Source of the DNA: an uncultured bacterium
GTDB lineage: Bacteria > Deinococcota > Deinococci > Deinococcales > Trueperaceae
DNA: 63,142 nt
Direction: 5' to 3'
Assembly: GCA_964582795.1 (NCBI GenBank)
Contig: CAZOTV010000008.1
Coordinates: forward strand, 1 to 63,142
Made by a program: the position numbers and the translations under genes. Shown here piece after piece: positions 40,758 through 50,567 of the stretch. Every line of letters begins with the position of its first letter. Position 1 is the first letter of the stretch. The notes below the pieces were generated by a model. That model was not told the DNA's origin. It was given only the letters and a program-made list of their open reading frames with translations, and searched no databases.

Positions 40758-40873
40758 GCGTTGACTCCAATCGCGGCGCCCGCTTTCGCGGACGCCGCCT
40801 ACGTTCGAAGGGTCGAGGGCCGTAGCGGTCTCCAGAGGGCGAGGCGGACGACCGCCCAGCTCGCCCGACCGGG

Positions 40874-41605
40874 TCACTCGGCGCTGGCTTGCGCCTCTTG
40901 CGGCAGGAAGTTGAAGACGTGCAGGTGGCTGATGGTGCCGAAGTCGCCGGGGTACGCGCCGTACGTCTGGCCGTCGGAGTGGTACGCCGCCGCCAGACCG
41001 GCAAGCAACTGACGGCCGGAGAGCTGCAGGCAGGGGCTCACGTCGACCGTGATCTCTGCGTTGCCTTGCGCGTCGGCGACGAAGGTGTTCTCCGAACCGT
41101 CGCGGGCGCCGAGGGGGATGTCGTAGGTCGAGAACGGCAGGGTGGTCGGGAGCGCCATGAAGAAGTACCACATGGTGTAGACGCCCTCGGGAACGAGGTC
41201 GCTGAAGGTGGCCGACACGGTGCCGCTCTCGCCCTCACAGGTGATCACGGCCTGGCCGTTGCCCGCCAGCCACGCGCCTTGCGTGATGCCCAGCGCCGCG
41301 CCCTTGGCGAACGGCCCGACGGCAGCGGGATCGACCGGGTCGTGCGAGGTGGGTTCGGCGGCAGCGTAGAGCTGGGCGGACGCGTCGGCGTCCTCGGCGG
41401 TGACGCGGCGAACGAGGTCAGCGCCGGGCTGTTGCTCGATGAACACGTCCTGTTCGTTCATGCCGAGTTGAAGGTGGTTGAGAAGCGGGACTTCGACGCG
41501 GTACTTGGCAGCGGCCCCGTCTTGGGCGGCAGCGATACCGGCGATCGCGTTCACGAGCAATGCGGCGGCGATGGCCAGGGTACGAGGGAGCGTGCGGTGG
41601 TTCAT
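40874..41605 (-). CDS. Secreted hypothetical protein (243 aa)
   Basis: Sec signal MNHRTLPRTLAIAAALLVNAIAGIAAAQD. GGAAG lies upstream of the ATG. Confidence 0.7.
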   Translation of the reverse strand: MNHRTLPRTLAIAAALLVNAIAGIAAAQDGAAAKYRVEVPLLNHLQLGMNEQDVFIEQQPGADLVRRVTAEDADASAQLYAAAEPTSHDPVDPAAVGPFAKGAALGITQGAWLAGNGQAVITCEGESGTVSATFSDLVPEGVYTMWYFFMALPTTLPFSTYDIPLGARDGSENTFVADAQGNAEITVDVSPCLQLSGRQLLAGLAAAYHSDGQTYGAYPGDFGTISHLHVFNFLPQEAQASAE

Positions 41606-41764
41606 GGGAGTCTTCCTTTCGGGTGTCGGAGTTCCGAACGATGGTCGGTCGGAAGGGGTCCTGGTTCGAGGTCTTCGTTCGGGGGAGTCTTCGTTCGGGA
41701 GGGTAGGAGCGGTTCGGGAGGATGGGGCCGGCGCGGGAGGAGTAGAGAGGGAGAGACCGGTTCG

Positions 41765-41917
41765 CTAGCGGGTGTCGCGGGAGCGAGCGTGGGGTCGCGA
41801 GCCGATCGGTCGGACTGCCGGCCGCCGTGGACCCCCGTGGGGCGGGAAAGCACCGTCGAGGCGTTCCTGGATCCGCTGAACGGCGATCAACGCCGCCAGG
41901 TAGTCGAGCTGGGTCAT
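41765..41917 (-). CDS. Small ORF (50 aa), paralog of the sORF at 43204-43368
   Basis: GGAAGGAGGTG lies 5 nt upstream of the ATG. MTQLDYLAALIAVQRIQERLDGA matches MNQFDELSAAHAVRRMQDRLYGH at 12/23 positions. The C-terminal half is low-complexity. Confidence 0.45.
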   Translation of the reverse strand: MTQLDYLAALIAVQRIQERLDGAFPPHGGPRRPAVRPIGSRPHARSRDTR

Positions 41918-42224
41918 GGCTTCACCTCCTTCCGTCAGCGGCGTTCGGCCGCGACGGAGCACACGATGCCGGGAGGCGCCTGCCCGAGTCCTGTCCGCAC
42001 CCTGCCCGGACACTGCCCGGGCAGTTCGGATCGCTGTCGGCTGGATGGATGTGACGTGTAGGGCGGCAGAACGAGACGTCAGGAACGCGCCTCGTCGGCG
42101 CCCGACTCGCGACGCCCGCCCAAGACCTGCACGTACGCATGCACGTATTGCCAGTTCGGGCCAACGATCCATCGGCAGGTCGAGCGCACCGCCTACGATC
42201 CGCCCGAAGAGGTACCTGCCAGGC

Positions 42225-43115
42225 TCAGAACGACTGACCCAACACGTTCGTCGCCACATGCGCCACGGACGGCGCGATCAGGTTGCGAGTCCTGCGGAAC
42301 ACGTAGCCGAACGCGAGGCCGGTGACGAACTGGGACACGATGCACACCGCCAAACCGGCGGCGAGGCTGCCATCCATCATCTCGGTGTTCGCCCGCAAGT
42401 GCCATAGTCCGAACACCAGCGCTTGCACCATCCAGGCCCGCGGTTCGCTCATCAGGCGTGACAAGCGCGACTGCAGGGCGCCGCGGAAAAGGAACTCCTC
42501 GAAGAAGCCGTTCTGGAACGTGTTCGCAATGAAGCGGCGAGCCATCGCCTGCGGTCCGACCGCGCCCATGACGACGAGACCTAGGGACACCGCCAACGGC
42601 AACGCCGACCACAGCAGGCTCACCCGCCACGCGCGATGGCCCGGGCCGAGTCCGAGACCCCGGGGCCGTGCCCCCAACGCCAGAAGCAGCAGCAGCGGCG
42701 CAACGAAGTACTGCACGGGGTTGGCCACGGCGTTCCCCGGCCCACCGAACCACCGCACCGGCAGGAACGACTCCCCCACGCCGTGGGCCCACCCGACGAC
42801 ATCGGACCAGACCGGTACGCTGCTCGACCCGATCGCGGTGATCAGGACGAAGAGGGCCACCACGCCGAGTTGCCACCTTACGATCGACCGCCCGCCTTCG
42901 GTTCTCCGCCGGTCGGACGACACCGTGTCGGTGACGCGCGCGGTGAGCCAGGACATCAGCGCCAAGTACAGGCCGTTCGCAGCCAGCAGGGCGACCAGCC
43001 CCGCCTCCCCTACCGCCAGCAGGTACGCGACCGCAAGGACGTACGCGGGCAACGCGAACCGCACCGCGAGGCGCCAATATGGACTCGGTTTCGTGACTCG
43101 GCGACGAACGGACAT
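42225..43115 (-). CDS. CPBP-family intramembrane glutamic endopeptidase (CAAX/Abi type)
   Basis: 296 aa and polytopic. Motifs EEFLFRG, FGLWH and HVATN. Confidence 0.85.
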   Translation of the reverse strand: MSVRRRVTKPSPYWRLAVRFALPAYVLAVAYLLAVGEAGLVALLAANGLYLALMSWLTARVTDTVSSDRRRTEGGRSIVRWQLGVVALFVLITAIGSSSVPVWSDVVGWAHGVGESFLPVRWFGGPGNAVANPVQYFVAPLLLLLALGARPRGLGLGPGHRAWRVSLLWSALPLAVSLGLVVMGAVGPQAMARRFIANTFQNGFFEEFLFRGALQSRLSRLMSEPRAWMVQALVFGLWHLRANTEMMDGSLAAGLAVCIVSQFVTGLAFGYVFRRTRNLIAPSVAHVATNVLGQSF

Positions 43116-43203
43116 CGAGGCTCCGTCGACATGATGGAGCCTCGATCCGATGAGGACAAGTGCGCCGCGGTTGGGACGGCGCTCCGGGTGCCTGTCCCGG
43201 GCG

Positions 43204-43368
43204 TCAGTGGCTCGGCGTCAGGAAGCGCCGGAACCCGATGGCCACGTTGCGGCCGCGTTCCATGATGCGCGCGATCTTCGTCCGCTCTGCCTTCGCTTGG
43301 TGGCCGTACAGGCGGTCTTGCATCCGTCGCACGGCGTGGGCCGCGCTGAGTTCGTCGAATTGGTTCAT
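43204..43368 (-). CDS. Small basic protein (54 aa; not in ORF track)
   Basis: Own translation: MNQFDELSAAHAVRRMQDRLYGHQAKAERTKIARIMERGRNVAIGFRRFLTPSH. AAGGAG lies upstream of the ATG. Sits directly upstream of the CPBP gene on the same strand. Confidence 0.55.
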   Translation of the reverse strand: MNQFDELSAAHAVRRMQDRLYGHQAKAERTKIARIMERGRNVAIGFRRFLTPSH

Positions 43369-43554
43369 GGGCGGTGCTCCTTCGTTGCGCGGCGTTCCGC
43401 CGCTGCGAGCATCACGTTGCCCGGCTGGGCATGCCCGAACCCTGTCCGCCCCCTGTACGGGCGCATGCCTCCAGGAGCAGAGCGCATGGTGAACTCGATC
43501 ACTGGCCGCGCGCCCCTAGGTTCGCGACCGGCTCCTTCGCCTTACACTCGAACC

Positions 43555-45372
43555 ATGGCGACCCAGGCCCCGACCCTCCCTGCCCGTTCAGAACTCGATC
43601 CGGCGTTCACTTGGAACCTCGCCGCCCTCTACCCCGACGACGCCGCGTTCGACACCGACTTCGTCAGCGCCGAGAACGCGCTCGAGCAGCTGACGTCCTA
43701 CCGCGGGCGCCTCGGCGAAGGCGCGGCGACGCTCGCAGCGTTCATGGACGCGTACTGGCCCCTGCTCGCGAAGCTCCAGCACCTTCGCGTGTACGCTGCC
43801 CTTCCCGTATCCGCCGACCAGGGCGATCAGACGGCGCGTGCGCGCCTCGGCCGCTTCCAGAGCCTGGCGGCGCGGTTCGCAGCGGGTACGGCGTTCCTGC
43901 AGCCGGAGCTGTTGGCGATAGGGCGAGACCGCCTCGACGCCTACATGGTGGACGAACCGCGCCTGGCATACCTGAAGCGATACTTCGACCGGCTGGAGGA
44001 GAACCGCGAGTACGTGCGCACGCCCGAGGTCGAGGACGTGCTCGGACGACTGGGCGATCCCTTCGGCGCGTTCGAGCGGACCTACGACAGCCTCACCAAC
44101 GGGGAGCTGCCGTTCGCGCCCGTCGAGGACGACGACGGCAACGTACTCGAGGTCGCCAGGAGCACGTATCCCGCGTTGCGGATGTCGACCGACCGTGACC
44201 TCCGTCGCAAGGCCTACGCGTCGTACAGCGACGGGTTCCTGGCCTACCGGAACACGCTCACCGACCTGTACCTAGGACGCGTGAAGCAGAGCGTGTTCTG
44301 GGCGCGCGTGCGCGGCTACCCCAGCACGGTGGAAGAGCAGCTCACGCCGCGCGAGGTGCCTCGCGCGGTGCTCGACGCCGTGGTCGACACCTTCCAGGCG
44401 AACCTCGGCGTGTGGCATCGCTACTGGGCGGCGCGCCGCGCGCTGCTACGCGTGGAGCGTCACGAAGAGTGGGACGTGTTCGCTCCCTTGTCGCCCAACC
44501 CTCCGTCGGTTCCATACCGCCAAGCGGTGGAGTGGATCCTCGAGGGGATGGCGCCGCTGGGAAGCGAGTATCTCGCGCCGCTGCGTCGTGGCTTGCTCGA
44601 AGAGCGCTGGGTCGACGTCTACCCCAACCGCGGCAAGCGCGACGGCGCGTTCGCGACGCGCGCGTACGGCAGTCAACCGTACATCCTGATGAGCTTCCAG
44701 GGGGACCTGGAGAGCATGTCGACGTTGGCGCACGAGCTCGGGCACGCCATGCACTCGCAGCTGATGGACCGCGCGCAGCCGCTCCCGTACGCCAACTACG
44801 CCATGATGGCGGCCGAGACGGCGTCGAACTTCAACCAGGCGCTCGTCCGAAGCCACTTGCTGGGCAAGCTCACCAGCCCGGACGAGCGCCTGGCCGTGCT
44901 CGACGAAGCGTTCTACAACTTCCACCGCTACTTCTTCATCATGCCGACGCTGGTGCGCTTCGAGCTCGAGGTCCACCAGGCGGTCGAACGCGGCGAGGGA
45001 CTCACCGCCGACAAGCTGGGCGCCATCATGCAGCGGCTGTTCCAGGAAGGCTACGGAGACGAGATCACCGCCACCGACCGCACGGGGATCACCTGGGCGC
45101 AGTTCGGCCACCTGTACATGCCCTTCTACACGTTCCAGTACGCTGCCGGCATCGCCGCTGCCGCCGCGCTCGCCGAGGACGTGCATCAAGGCAAGGACGG
45201 CGCGGCCGAACGGTACCTGTCATTCCTGCGCGCCGGCAGCTCGGTGCCACCCGTGGACGCGCTTCGCGCCGCCGGCGTGGATATGACCTCGCCGGAACCG
45301 ATCGAGCGTGCGTTCGGCGTAGTGGAAGGGTACGTGCGGGAGCTCGAGGCGTTGGCCGCGGCGCGAACCTAG
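43555..45372 (+). CDS. pepF: Oligoendopeptidase F (M3B)
   Basis: In-frame ATG at 43555. Zinc motif HELGHAMH. About 605 aa, which is typical. Confidence 0.85.
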   Translation: MATQAPTLPARSELDPAFTWNLAALYPDDAAFDTDFVSAENALEQLTSYRGRLGEGAATLAAFMDAYWPLLAKLQHLRVYAALPVSADQGDQTARARLGRFQSLAARFAAGTAFLQPELLAIGRDRLDAYMVDEPRLAYLKRYFDRLEENREYVRTPEVEDVLGRLGDPFGAFERTYDSLTNGELPFAPVEDDDGNVLEVARSTYPALRMSTDRDLRRKAYASYSDGFLAYRNTLTDLYLGRVKQSVFWARVRGYPSTVEEQLTPREVPRAVLDAVVDTFQANLGVWHRYWAARRALLRVERHEEWDVFAPLSPNPPSVPYRQAVEWILEGMAPLGSEYLAPLRRGLLEERWVDVYPNRGKRDGAFATRAYGSQPYILMSFQGDLESMSTLAHELGHAMHSQLMDRAQPLPYANYAMMAAETASNFNQALVRSHLLGKLTSPDERLAVLDEAFYNFHRYFFIMPTLVRFELEVHQAVERGEGLTADKLGAIMQRLFQEGYGDEITATDRTGITWAQFGHLYMPFYTFQYAAGIAAAAALAEDVHQGKDGAAERYLSFLRAGSSVPPVDALRAAGVDMTSPEPIERAFGVVEGYVRELEALAAART

Positions 45373-45404
45373 CGCGCGGGCGCGGGTCGCACGACGAGGA
45401 TGCG

Positions 45405-46580
45405 ATGACCTCGCTGTTCTGGCTGTTCGCGGTACTCACGGCTCTCACGGTCCTCGCGCTGCTGGGTAGCACCGCGCGCGTCGTACGCGGCTACGGGTCG
45501 CTGGCGCGCGGGAGGGGCAGAGACCGCGCCCCCGACGACGACCGCCCACCCATGAGCGTACTGGTGCCGCTCAAAGGCGCAGCCCCCGGCCTGAGCGGTC
45601 GCCTCGAGCGGCTCCTGTCGGCGGGACGCCCCAACGACCAGTTCGTGTTCGCCATGGAGGGCACCGACGATCCCGCGTACGCCGTCGTCCTCACGGTGCG
45701 CGAGGCGCACTCCCGGCGCGACATCGAGATCGCACTGTCTGGACCCGCGGGGGAGCGGATGGGCAAACAGCACAACCTGGCTGCGGCGGCCGCGGTGGCG
45801 AAGCACGCGCTGGTCGCGTCGATGGACGACGACGTCGAGATCCACGCGGCGCTCCTCGACGAAGGCGCGCGGCTGGCGTCGGGGACGGAAGCGGGCGTGG
45901 CGTTCGCGATGCCGTACTACCTGCCGGGGGCGTCGTCCGGGGGCGCGCTGGTCGCCGCCTACACGAACTACGGGTTCAGCCTCCACATGGGCGCGCTCGC
46001 GCTTCGCCCCGAGCCGAAGTTCATCGTCGGCGGCTTCTGGGTAACGAGCCGCGCCGCGATGGACGAGGTCGGCGGCTTCGAGGCGTTCACCGGCACGGTC
46101 AGCGACGACTCCGCCATCGGCCGGGCGATGCACGAGGCCGGGCACGTCAACCGTCCCTTGGCGACGACCGTCGGCCTCGCGCCCGAGCAACTTGGCCTCG
46201 TGGCCGGCGCGCGGCACGTGTTGAAGTGGCTGACGCTCCTCCGGGCCGAGGGCTGGGCGGTGTTCGTCCCGGTCGCGCTGGCATGGCATCCGGGTTGGTT
46301 CGGCGTGCTAGCGGCCGTGGCGGGGTCGATCGCGGGCCTGCCACCGCTGCTGGCGTCCGCGCCCTTGGTCATCGCGGTGCTCGCGCGGATCGCGTCGCTC
46401 GTGGTGCTGAACGGGAGAGCGTACCCGGAGCTCGCACCGGGCTCCTACGCCTTGGCCTCCTTGGCGCATGAGTACCTGGTGGCGCCCTGGCTGTTCTTGC
46501 TGGCCGCGTTCCGTCGTCACGTGGTGTGGCGCGGTCGTAGCTACCGGATCGGGAAGGGCGGCAGGATCCGCGCCGGTTGA
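45405..46580 (+). CDS. Family-2 glycosyltransferase (ceramide-glucosyltransferase-like, membrane-bound)
   Basis: N-terminal TM segment, VLVPLKG, MDDDVE, C-terminal TM segments and VVWRGRSY. The last motif matches the C-terminal motif of the GT2 at 10699-11853. Confidence 0.75.
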   Translation: MTSLFWLFAVLTALTVLALLGSTARVVRGYGSLARGRGRDRAPDDDRPPMSVLVPLKGAAPGLSGRLERLLSAGRPNDQFVFAMEGTDDPAYAVVLTVREAHSRRDIEIALSGPAGERMGKQHNLAAAAAVAKHALVASMDDDVEIHAALLDEGARLASGTEAGVAFAMPYYLPGASSGGALVAAYTNYGFSLHMGALALRPEPKFIVGGFWVTSRAAMDEVGGFEAFTGTVSDDSAIGRAMHEAGHVNRPLATTVGLAPEQLGLVAGARHVLKWLTLLRAEGWAVFVPVALAWHPGWFGVLAAVAGSIAGLPPLLASAPLVIAVLARIASLVVLNGRAYPELAPGSYALASLAHEYLVAPWLFLLAAFRRHVVWRGRSYRIGKGGRIRAG

Positions 46581-46648
46581 GATACGGAACGGTCGAACGT
46601 CGACATCGTCCTGGCGATCGACCCGCGCCTGCACGGTATCGTCGAACG

Positions 46649-47047
46649 GTGATCGACGAGATCTGGCTGTCCCCCAACGTGCACGTCGTCAGCGGCGCCG
46701 TAGTCGTACTGTCCACGCTGGCTGCCCTCGTGGTGAGCACGATGTTCGCCTGGCGCGGTCGAGACCTCTCCTCCGCCGCTCACTCCACGCTCGTCGTCGC
46801 TCAGGTAGCCCTGATGGTCCAGGCCCTTGTCGGCATCAAGTTGCTCGACCAGGGGCTCGGGTCGTTGCAGCTGTTCATCCACTACGTCGGCGGCCTCGGG
46901 CCCCTCCTGTTCTTCTTCGTGTACTACTGGTTGCCGTCGTCTTGGCGCAGGAAGCGTTGGACTTCGGTGACCGTGACGGGAGCCGCCTTCCTGTTCGCCG
47001 TCATGGCGTTCGGCATCGGCGCCAGCTACGTTCCCGGGGGGATCTGA
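46649..47047 (+). CDS. Hypothetical membrane protein (~132 aa)
   Basis: Four hydrophobic segments. GTG at 46649 is preferred because the upstream part of the ORF is Arg-rich. Confidence 0.55.
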   Translation: MIDEIWLSPNVHVVSGAVVVLSTLAALVVSTMFAWRGRDLSSAAHSTLVVAQVALMVQALVGIKLLDQGLGSLQLFIHYVGGLGPLLFFFVYYWLPSSWRRKRWTSVTVTGAAFLFAVMAFGIGASYVPGGI

Positions 47048-47082
47048 CCCGGTCGCGAGGCGGTGGACGTGTCGGCGCGGAG

Positions 47083-48030
47083 GTGACGGTGGAAGTCGAA
47101 CCCGGACGACTCGAGCGCTCGCAAGGCGCGCTGTTGGGGCTGGCCGTGGGCGACGCGTTGGGTACGACCCTCGAGTTCCACCCCCCAGGGAGCTTCGCCC
47201 CGCTCACGGACATGGTGGGCGGCGGGCCTTTCGAGCTCGCTCCGGGAGAGTGGACCGACGACACCAGCATGGCGCTGTGCCTGGCCGAGAGCCTCGCGGA
47301 AACGGGCGGTTTCGATCCGCTGGATCAGATGCGTCGCTACCTTCGTTGGTACCGACATGGGCACTTCAGCGTGAAGGGCTACTGCTTCGACATCGGTGGC
47401 GCCACCCGCGCCGCGCTCGAGCGTTTCGAGCGCAGCGGCGACCCCATGGCCGGATCGATCGACCCCGGAAGCGCCGGGAACGGCAGCATCATGCGCCTCG
47501 CGCCGGTGCCCATCGCGTTCGCCCACGACCCGGCCGCGGCGGTGCGCCTCGCTGGCGAGAGCTCGCGCACCACCCATGGCGCCCGCACCTGCGTCGACGC
47601 CTGCCGCTACCTGGGCGGGCTGATCGTGGGGGCGTTGCAGGGAGCTTCGAAGGAGACGCTCCTGGCGCCCCGGTACACTCCGGCCCCGGGCAGCTGGGAC
47701 GAAGCACCCCTGGTGCCGGAGGTGGACGTGGTCGCGTCTGGTTCGTTCCTCCGCAAGCAGCCTCCCGACATCCGCGGCACGGGGTTCGTGGTCGAGTCGC
47801 TCGAGGCCGCGCTGTGGGCGTTCGCGACTACGGACACGTTCCAGGACGGCGCCCTGGCCGCCGTGAACCTCGGCGACGACGCGGACTCGACTGGTGCCGT
47901 CTACGGGCAACTGGCGGGAGCGTACTACGGTAAGGACGCGATCCCGCCAGGTTGGCGCGACTTGGTCGCGATGCGCTCCGTGATCGAGGACCTCGCCCGG
48001 AGCCTCGCGCGACTCGGCGCCAAGGCCTGA
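47083..48030 (+). CDS. ADP-ribosylglycohydrolase (DraG/ARH family)
   Basis: LGLAVGDALG, EWTDDTSMALC and GDDADSTGAVYGQLAGA motifs. Start GTG at 47083 or 47089. Confidence 0.82.
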   Translation: MTVEVEPGRLERSQGALLGLAVGDALGTTLEFHPPGSFAPLTDMVGGGPFELAPGEWTDDTSMALCLAESLAETGGFDPLDQMRRYLRWYRHGHFSVKGYCFDIGGATRAALERFERSGDPMAGSIDPGSAGNGSIMRLAPVPIAFAHDPAAAVRLAGESSRTTHGARTCVDACRYLGGLIVGALQGASKETLLAPRYTPAPGSWDEAPLVPEVDVVASGSFLRKQPPDIRGTGFVVESLEAALWAFATTDTFQDGALAAVNLGDDADSTGAVYGQLAGAYYGKDAIPPGWRDLVAMRSVIEDLARSLARLGAKA

Positions 48031-48057
48031 GAAGATCGTCAGCGCGCCACGTCGTCC

Positions 48058-50529
48058 TCAAGCCCGACTCGGACTCCCGTCGACCACGCCGTACGCTGCT
48101 TCCAGCCTGCGCACCCGCGCTCGAGCCAGGGCCGCGCGTGGATTCCCGTCCGGTAGCACCTCGGCCGCCGCTTGCCAGTACTCGAGATCGTCGCCCGTAC
48201 GCTCCGCCAGTTCGAACAGCACGTCGGCGTCGTGCGTCGCCAGGGCCGCCTGGCGTACCTCCTCCTCCAACGCCCAACGCTGCTCGACGACTCCCGGAGC
48301 GTCACTGTGGGGAAGCAGCGGCCCGCGCACCAGCGCCACCGCCTCGCGCACGCGGCCGGCAGCCAGGCGCTCACGCACCTCCAGCACGTCGGCTCGGTAC
48401 GGGACGTCGATGCGGTACGGCGCGGTGCTCACCGGCACGACGGCCCGCAGGCGCGTGATCAGCGCGCGGATCCCGCTGTTCGAGTACGGTGCCCGGCCGT
48501 CGGGCGTCAGTTCGACGACCAGTTCGTCTCGGCCGATGCCATCAGGGTGCAGCACGAGAACCAAGGCGGCTTCGGCGAGGCGATCGGAGAGCGGCACCGG
48601 GCGCCCGTCGAGGCGGCACTCGAAGCCTCCCAGGAACCGGAACGCCAGTGTGGGCAGGGGGTTCGCGAGGGACTCGAAGACACCGCGTACCAGCCGTTCC
48701 GGGCCGGCCAGGACCCGCAGGGCCGTCGTTGGCATCGTTCGCAGCGTCGCCGTGAGGGATGCGGGCACGTCGTGCCCGGAGTGTGGCCGAACCGCTAGGT
48801 AGTACAGGGCCGCCGTGAGGCGCGGTTCGAACGCCAGGGTCTCGTCGAGCATGGCGCGCGCTAAATCGTTGCCGGTCTCGTCCGGATCGGCGCCGGACAC
48901 CGACCCGGCGATGCCGCGCGCGAGGGCCGCCAGCGACGCCTCGTGCGGCGGACCCGCGTCCGCGATCACCGAGACGTCGGTCGCCACCTGACGAGCTTCG
49001 TCGGTTCGGTCGTCCTCCAGCAACGCCCGTATCAGCTGATACCCGTAGCGTGCGCGCGTGCGCCTCGCGCTGGCGCGGTACGTGGCGCGGAAGCGCTCGA
49101 TGGCGTCCTCCGTGCGCTGCTCGGCCAGGTCGAGTTGCGCAAGCGTGCTGCGCAGCAGGACGGCGAGGTCCGGCACGGCTCCGTCCACCATCGCTTGGGC
49201 GGACTCGAGGGTACTCCTCAACCCCACCAGGTCCCCGGTCATGACCCGAGCGACGGCCAGGTCGTTCAACAGCAGCAGGCGCCTTGCGCCGTCCTGCAGC
49301 TGCTCACGATCGAACACGTCGAGCGCCCATCGGGCCCAGGTGGCCGCGTTCACGAACTGGCCGGCCTGGTACAACCTGGCCGAGAGGGTGTCGGCGTTGC
49401 GCGCCAACTCGTAGCGACTACCGGTGTCTTCGGCGAGTCGCACGCTCTCCCGCAGGGCCTCGATGGCGAGTTCGGGATCGGGGTGCAGCCGCCCGTACTG
49501 CCACGTCGTCAGCGCCGTGCGGCGCTCCGCCACGGCCTGCGACGCCATGACGAATCCCTCGACCCTGGGCAGCGTGCCTGCCCTGCGTGCACGCAGCGAC
49601 GGCGCCCGATGCGTGCGCAAGTACTCGTCGACGTCCTCGACTACGGCGCCGAGGTCATCCGCAGCCAGGGCTGCCAACAAGCGCCACTCCAGGACGCGCT
49701 CGCTTCTCGTGTAGTCCTCGGGAAGCGCCGAGAGCAGGAGGTGCAGCCGCTCGAGAAGACCCTCTTCCTGATAGCGCGGCCCCGCGCTACGCAGGACCTC
49801 CTCGACCAGCTCGGGTGCGCGCAACACGGCGAGCTCGAGGGCGTCGATCAGGTCTCCTTCGCGACGAAGCGCCTGAACCGCGAGCGCCGGCTCGACCGCC
49901 ACCGCATCGCGGACGTCGACCTCGAAGCCGGTCGGACTGGGAACCAGCATGCGCGGGAGGTTCGTGGCGGCGTGCGCCGACGCCGCGAAGTCCGTGAACC
50001 GTCCGTCCGTGTCCGCCAGCATCGTGGCGACGTCGGACTCGGTGAGTGAGCCGGGCGCGATGGCGCGCGCTTCGTCGGGGCGCACGCGCAGCTCCGGCGG
50101 TCCGATCACGCGCCAGGGCCCCTCGGCGATCCGCGAGGCCGGGTTCCGGACGTCCACCACCACCCGAAGCCCATCGCCGTGCAGCGCCAGCACGTGCGAC
50201 GCCACGGTCGACGGTAGTTCGTCGATGGAGATCACCAGCCGCAACGGCGCGACGTCCGCGCGGAACCGGTCGAGGATCTTGAGGTGCGCCGTGTACGGCA
50301 GTGCCGGCGTGAGCAGCGCGCCCGGGAGCACTGCGTGCACCGCGCGCACCAGCGCGTTGCCTACCGCTACCGGATCACCGTGAAGGTTCGCGTCGATCGA
50401 GACCCACGCTACCCGCTCGGTCTGCCGCAGTGCGTCGATCACGTACGGTGTGCCGAACGGCTCGCCCCCACTCAGGACGACGGGCCGTTCGGTCTCCCGT
50501 ACTGCGGCGACGATGCGTGGCAGCCACAC
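48058..50529 (-). CDS. Large regulator with a degenerate MalT-like N-terminal NTPase, helical/TPR-like middle, and C-terminal SARP-type wHTH+BTAD
   Basis: N-terminus VVLSGGEPFGTP sits where a Walker A would be, but the Lys is missing. C-terminus FRFLGGFECRLDGRPVPLSDRLAEAALVLVL plus the BTAD-like VREAVALVRGPLLP. Confidence 0.75.
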   Translation of the reverse strand: MWLPRIVAAVRETERPVVLSGGEPFGTPYVIDALRQTERVAWVSIDANLHGDPVAVGNALVRAVHAVLPGALLTPALPYTAHLKILDRFRADVAPLRLVISIDELPSTVASHVLALHGDGLRVVVDVRNPASRIAEGPWRVIGPPELRVRPDEARAIAPGSLTESDVATMLADTDGRFTDFAASAHAATNLPRMLVPSPTGFEVDVRDAVAVEPALAVQALRREGDLIDALELAVLRAPELVEEVLRSAGPRYQEEGLLERLHLLLSALPEDYTRSERVLEWRLLAALAADDLGAVVEDVDEYLRTHRAPSLRARRAGTLPRVEGFVMASQAVAERRTALTTWQYGRLHPDPELAIEALRESVRLAEDTGSRYELARNADTLSARLYQAGQFVNAATWARWALDVFDREQLQDGARRLLLLNDLAVARVMTGDLVGLRSTLESAQAMVDGAVPDLAVLLRSTLAQLDLAEQRTEDAIERFRATYRASARRTRARYGYQLIRALLEDDRTDEARQVATDVSVIADAGPPHEASLAALARGIAGSVSGADPDETGNDLARAMLDETLAFEPRLTAALYYLAVRPHSGHDVPASLTATLRTMPTTALRVLAGPERLVRGVFESLANPLPTLAFRFLGGFECRLDGRPVPLSDRLAEAALVLVLHPDGIGRDELVVELTPDGRAPYSNSGIRALITRLRAVVPVSTAPYRIDVPYRADVLEVRERLAAGRVREAVALVRGPLLPHSDAPGVVEQRWALEEEVRQAALATHDADVLFELAERTGDDLEYWQAAAEVLPDGNPRAALARARVRRLEAAYGVVDGSPSRA

Positions 50530-50567
50530 GTCGTCAGGATATCTGCTGGCCCCCTGCGCCCGACCGC

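Noticed and set aside
41765-41917. Double-glycine bacteriocin leader in the 50-aa sORF (…FPPHGG…).
   Set aside because: The sequence before the GG does not fit the LSxxELxxIxGG leader consensus. No C39 peptidase or ABC exporter is nearby. The paralog at 43204-43368 lacks the GG.
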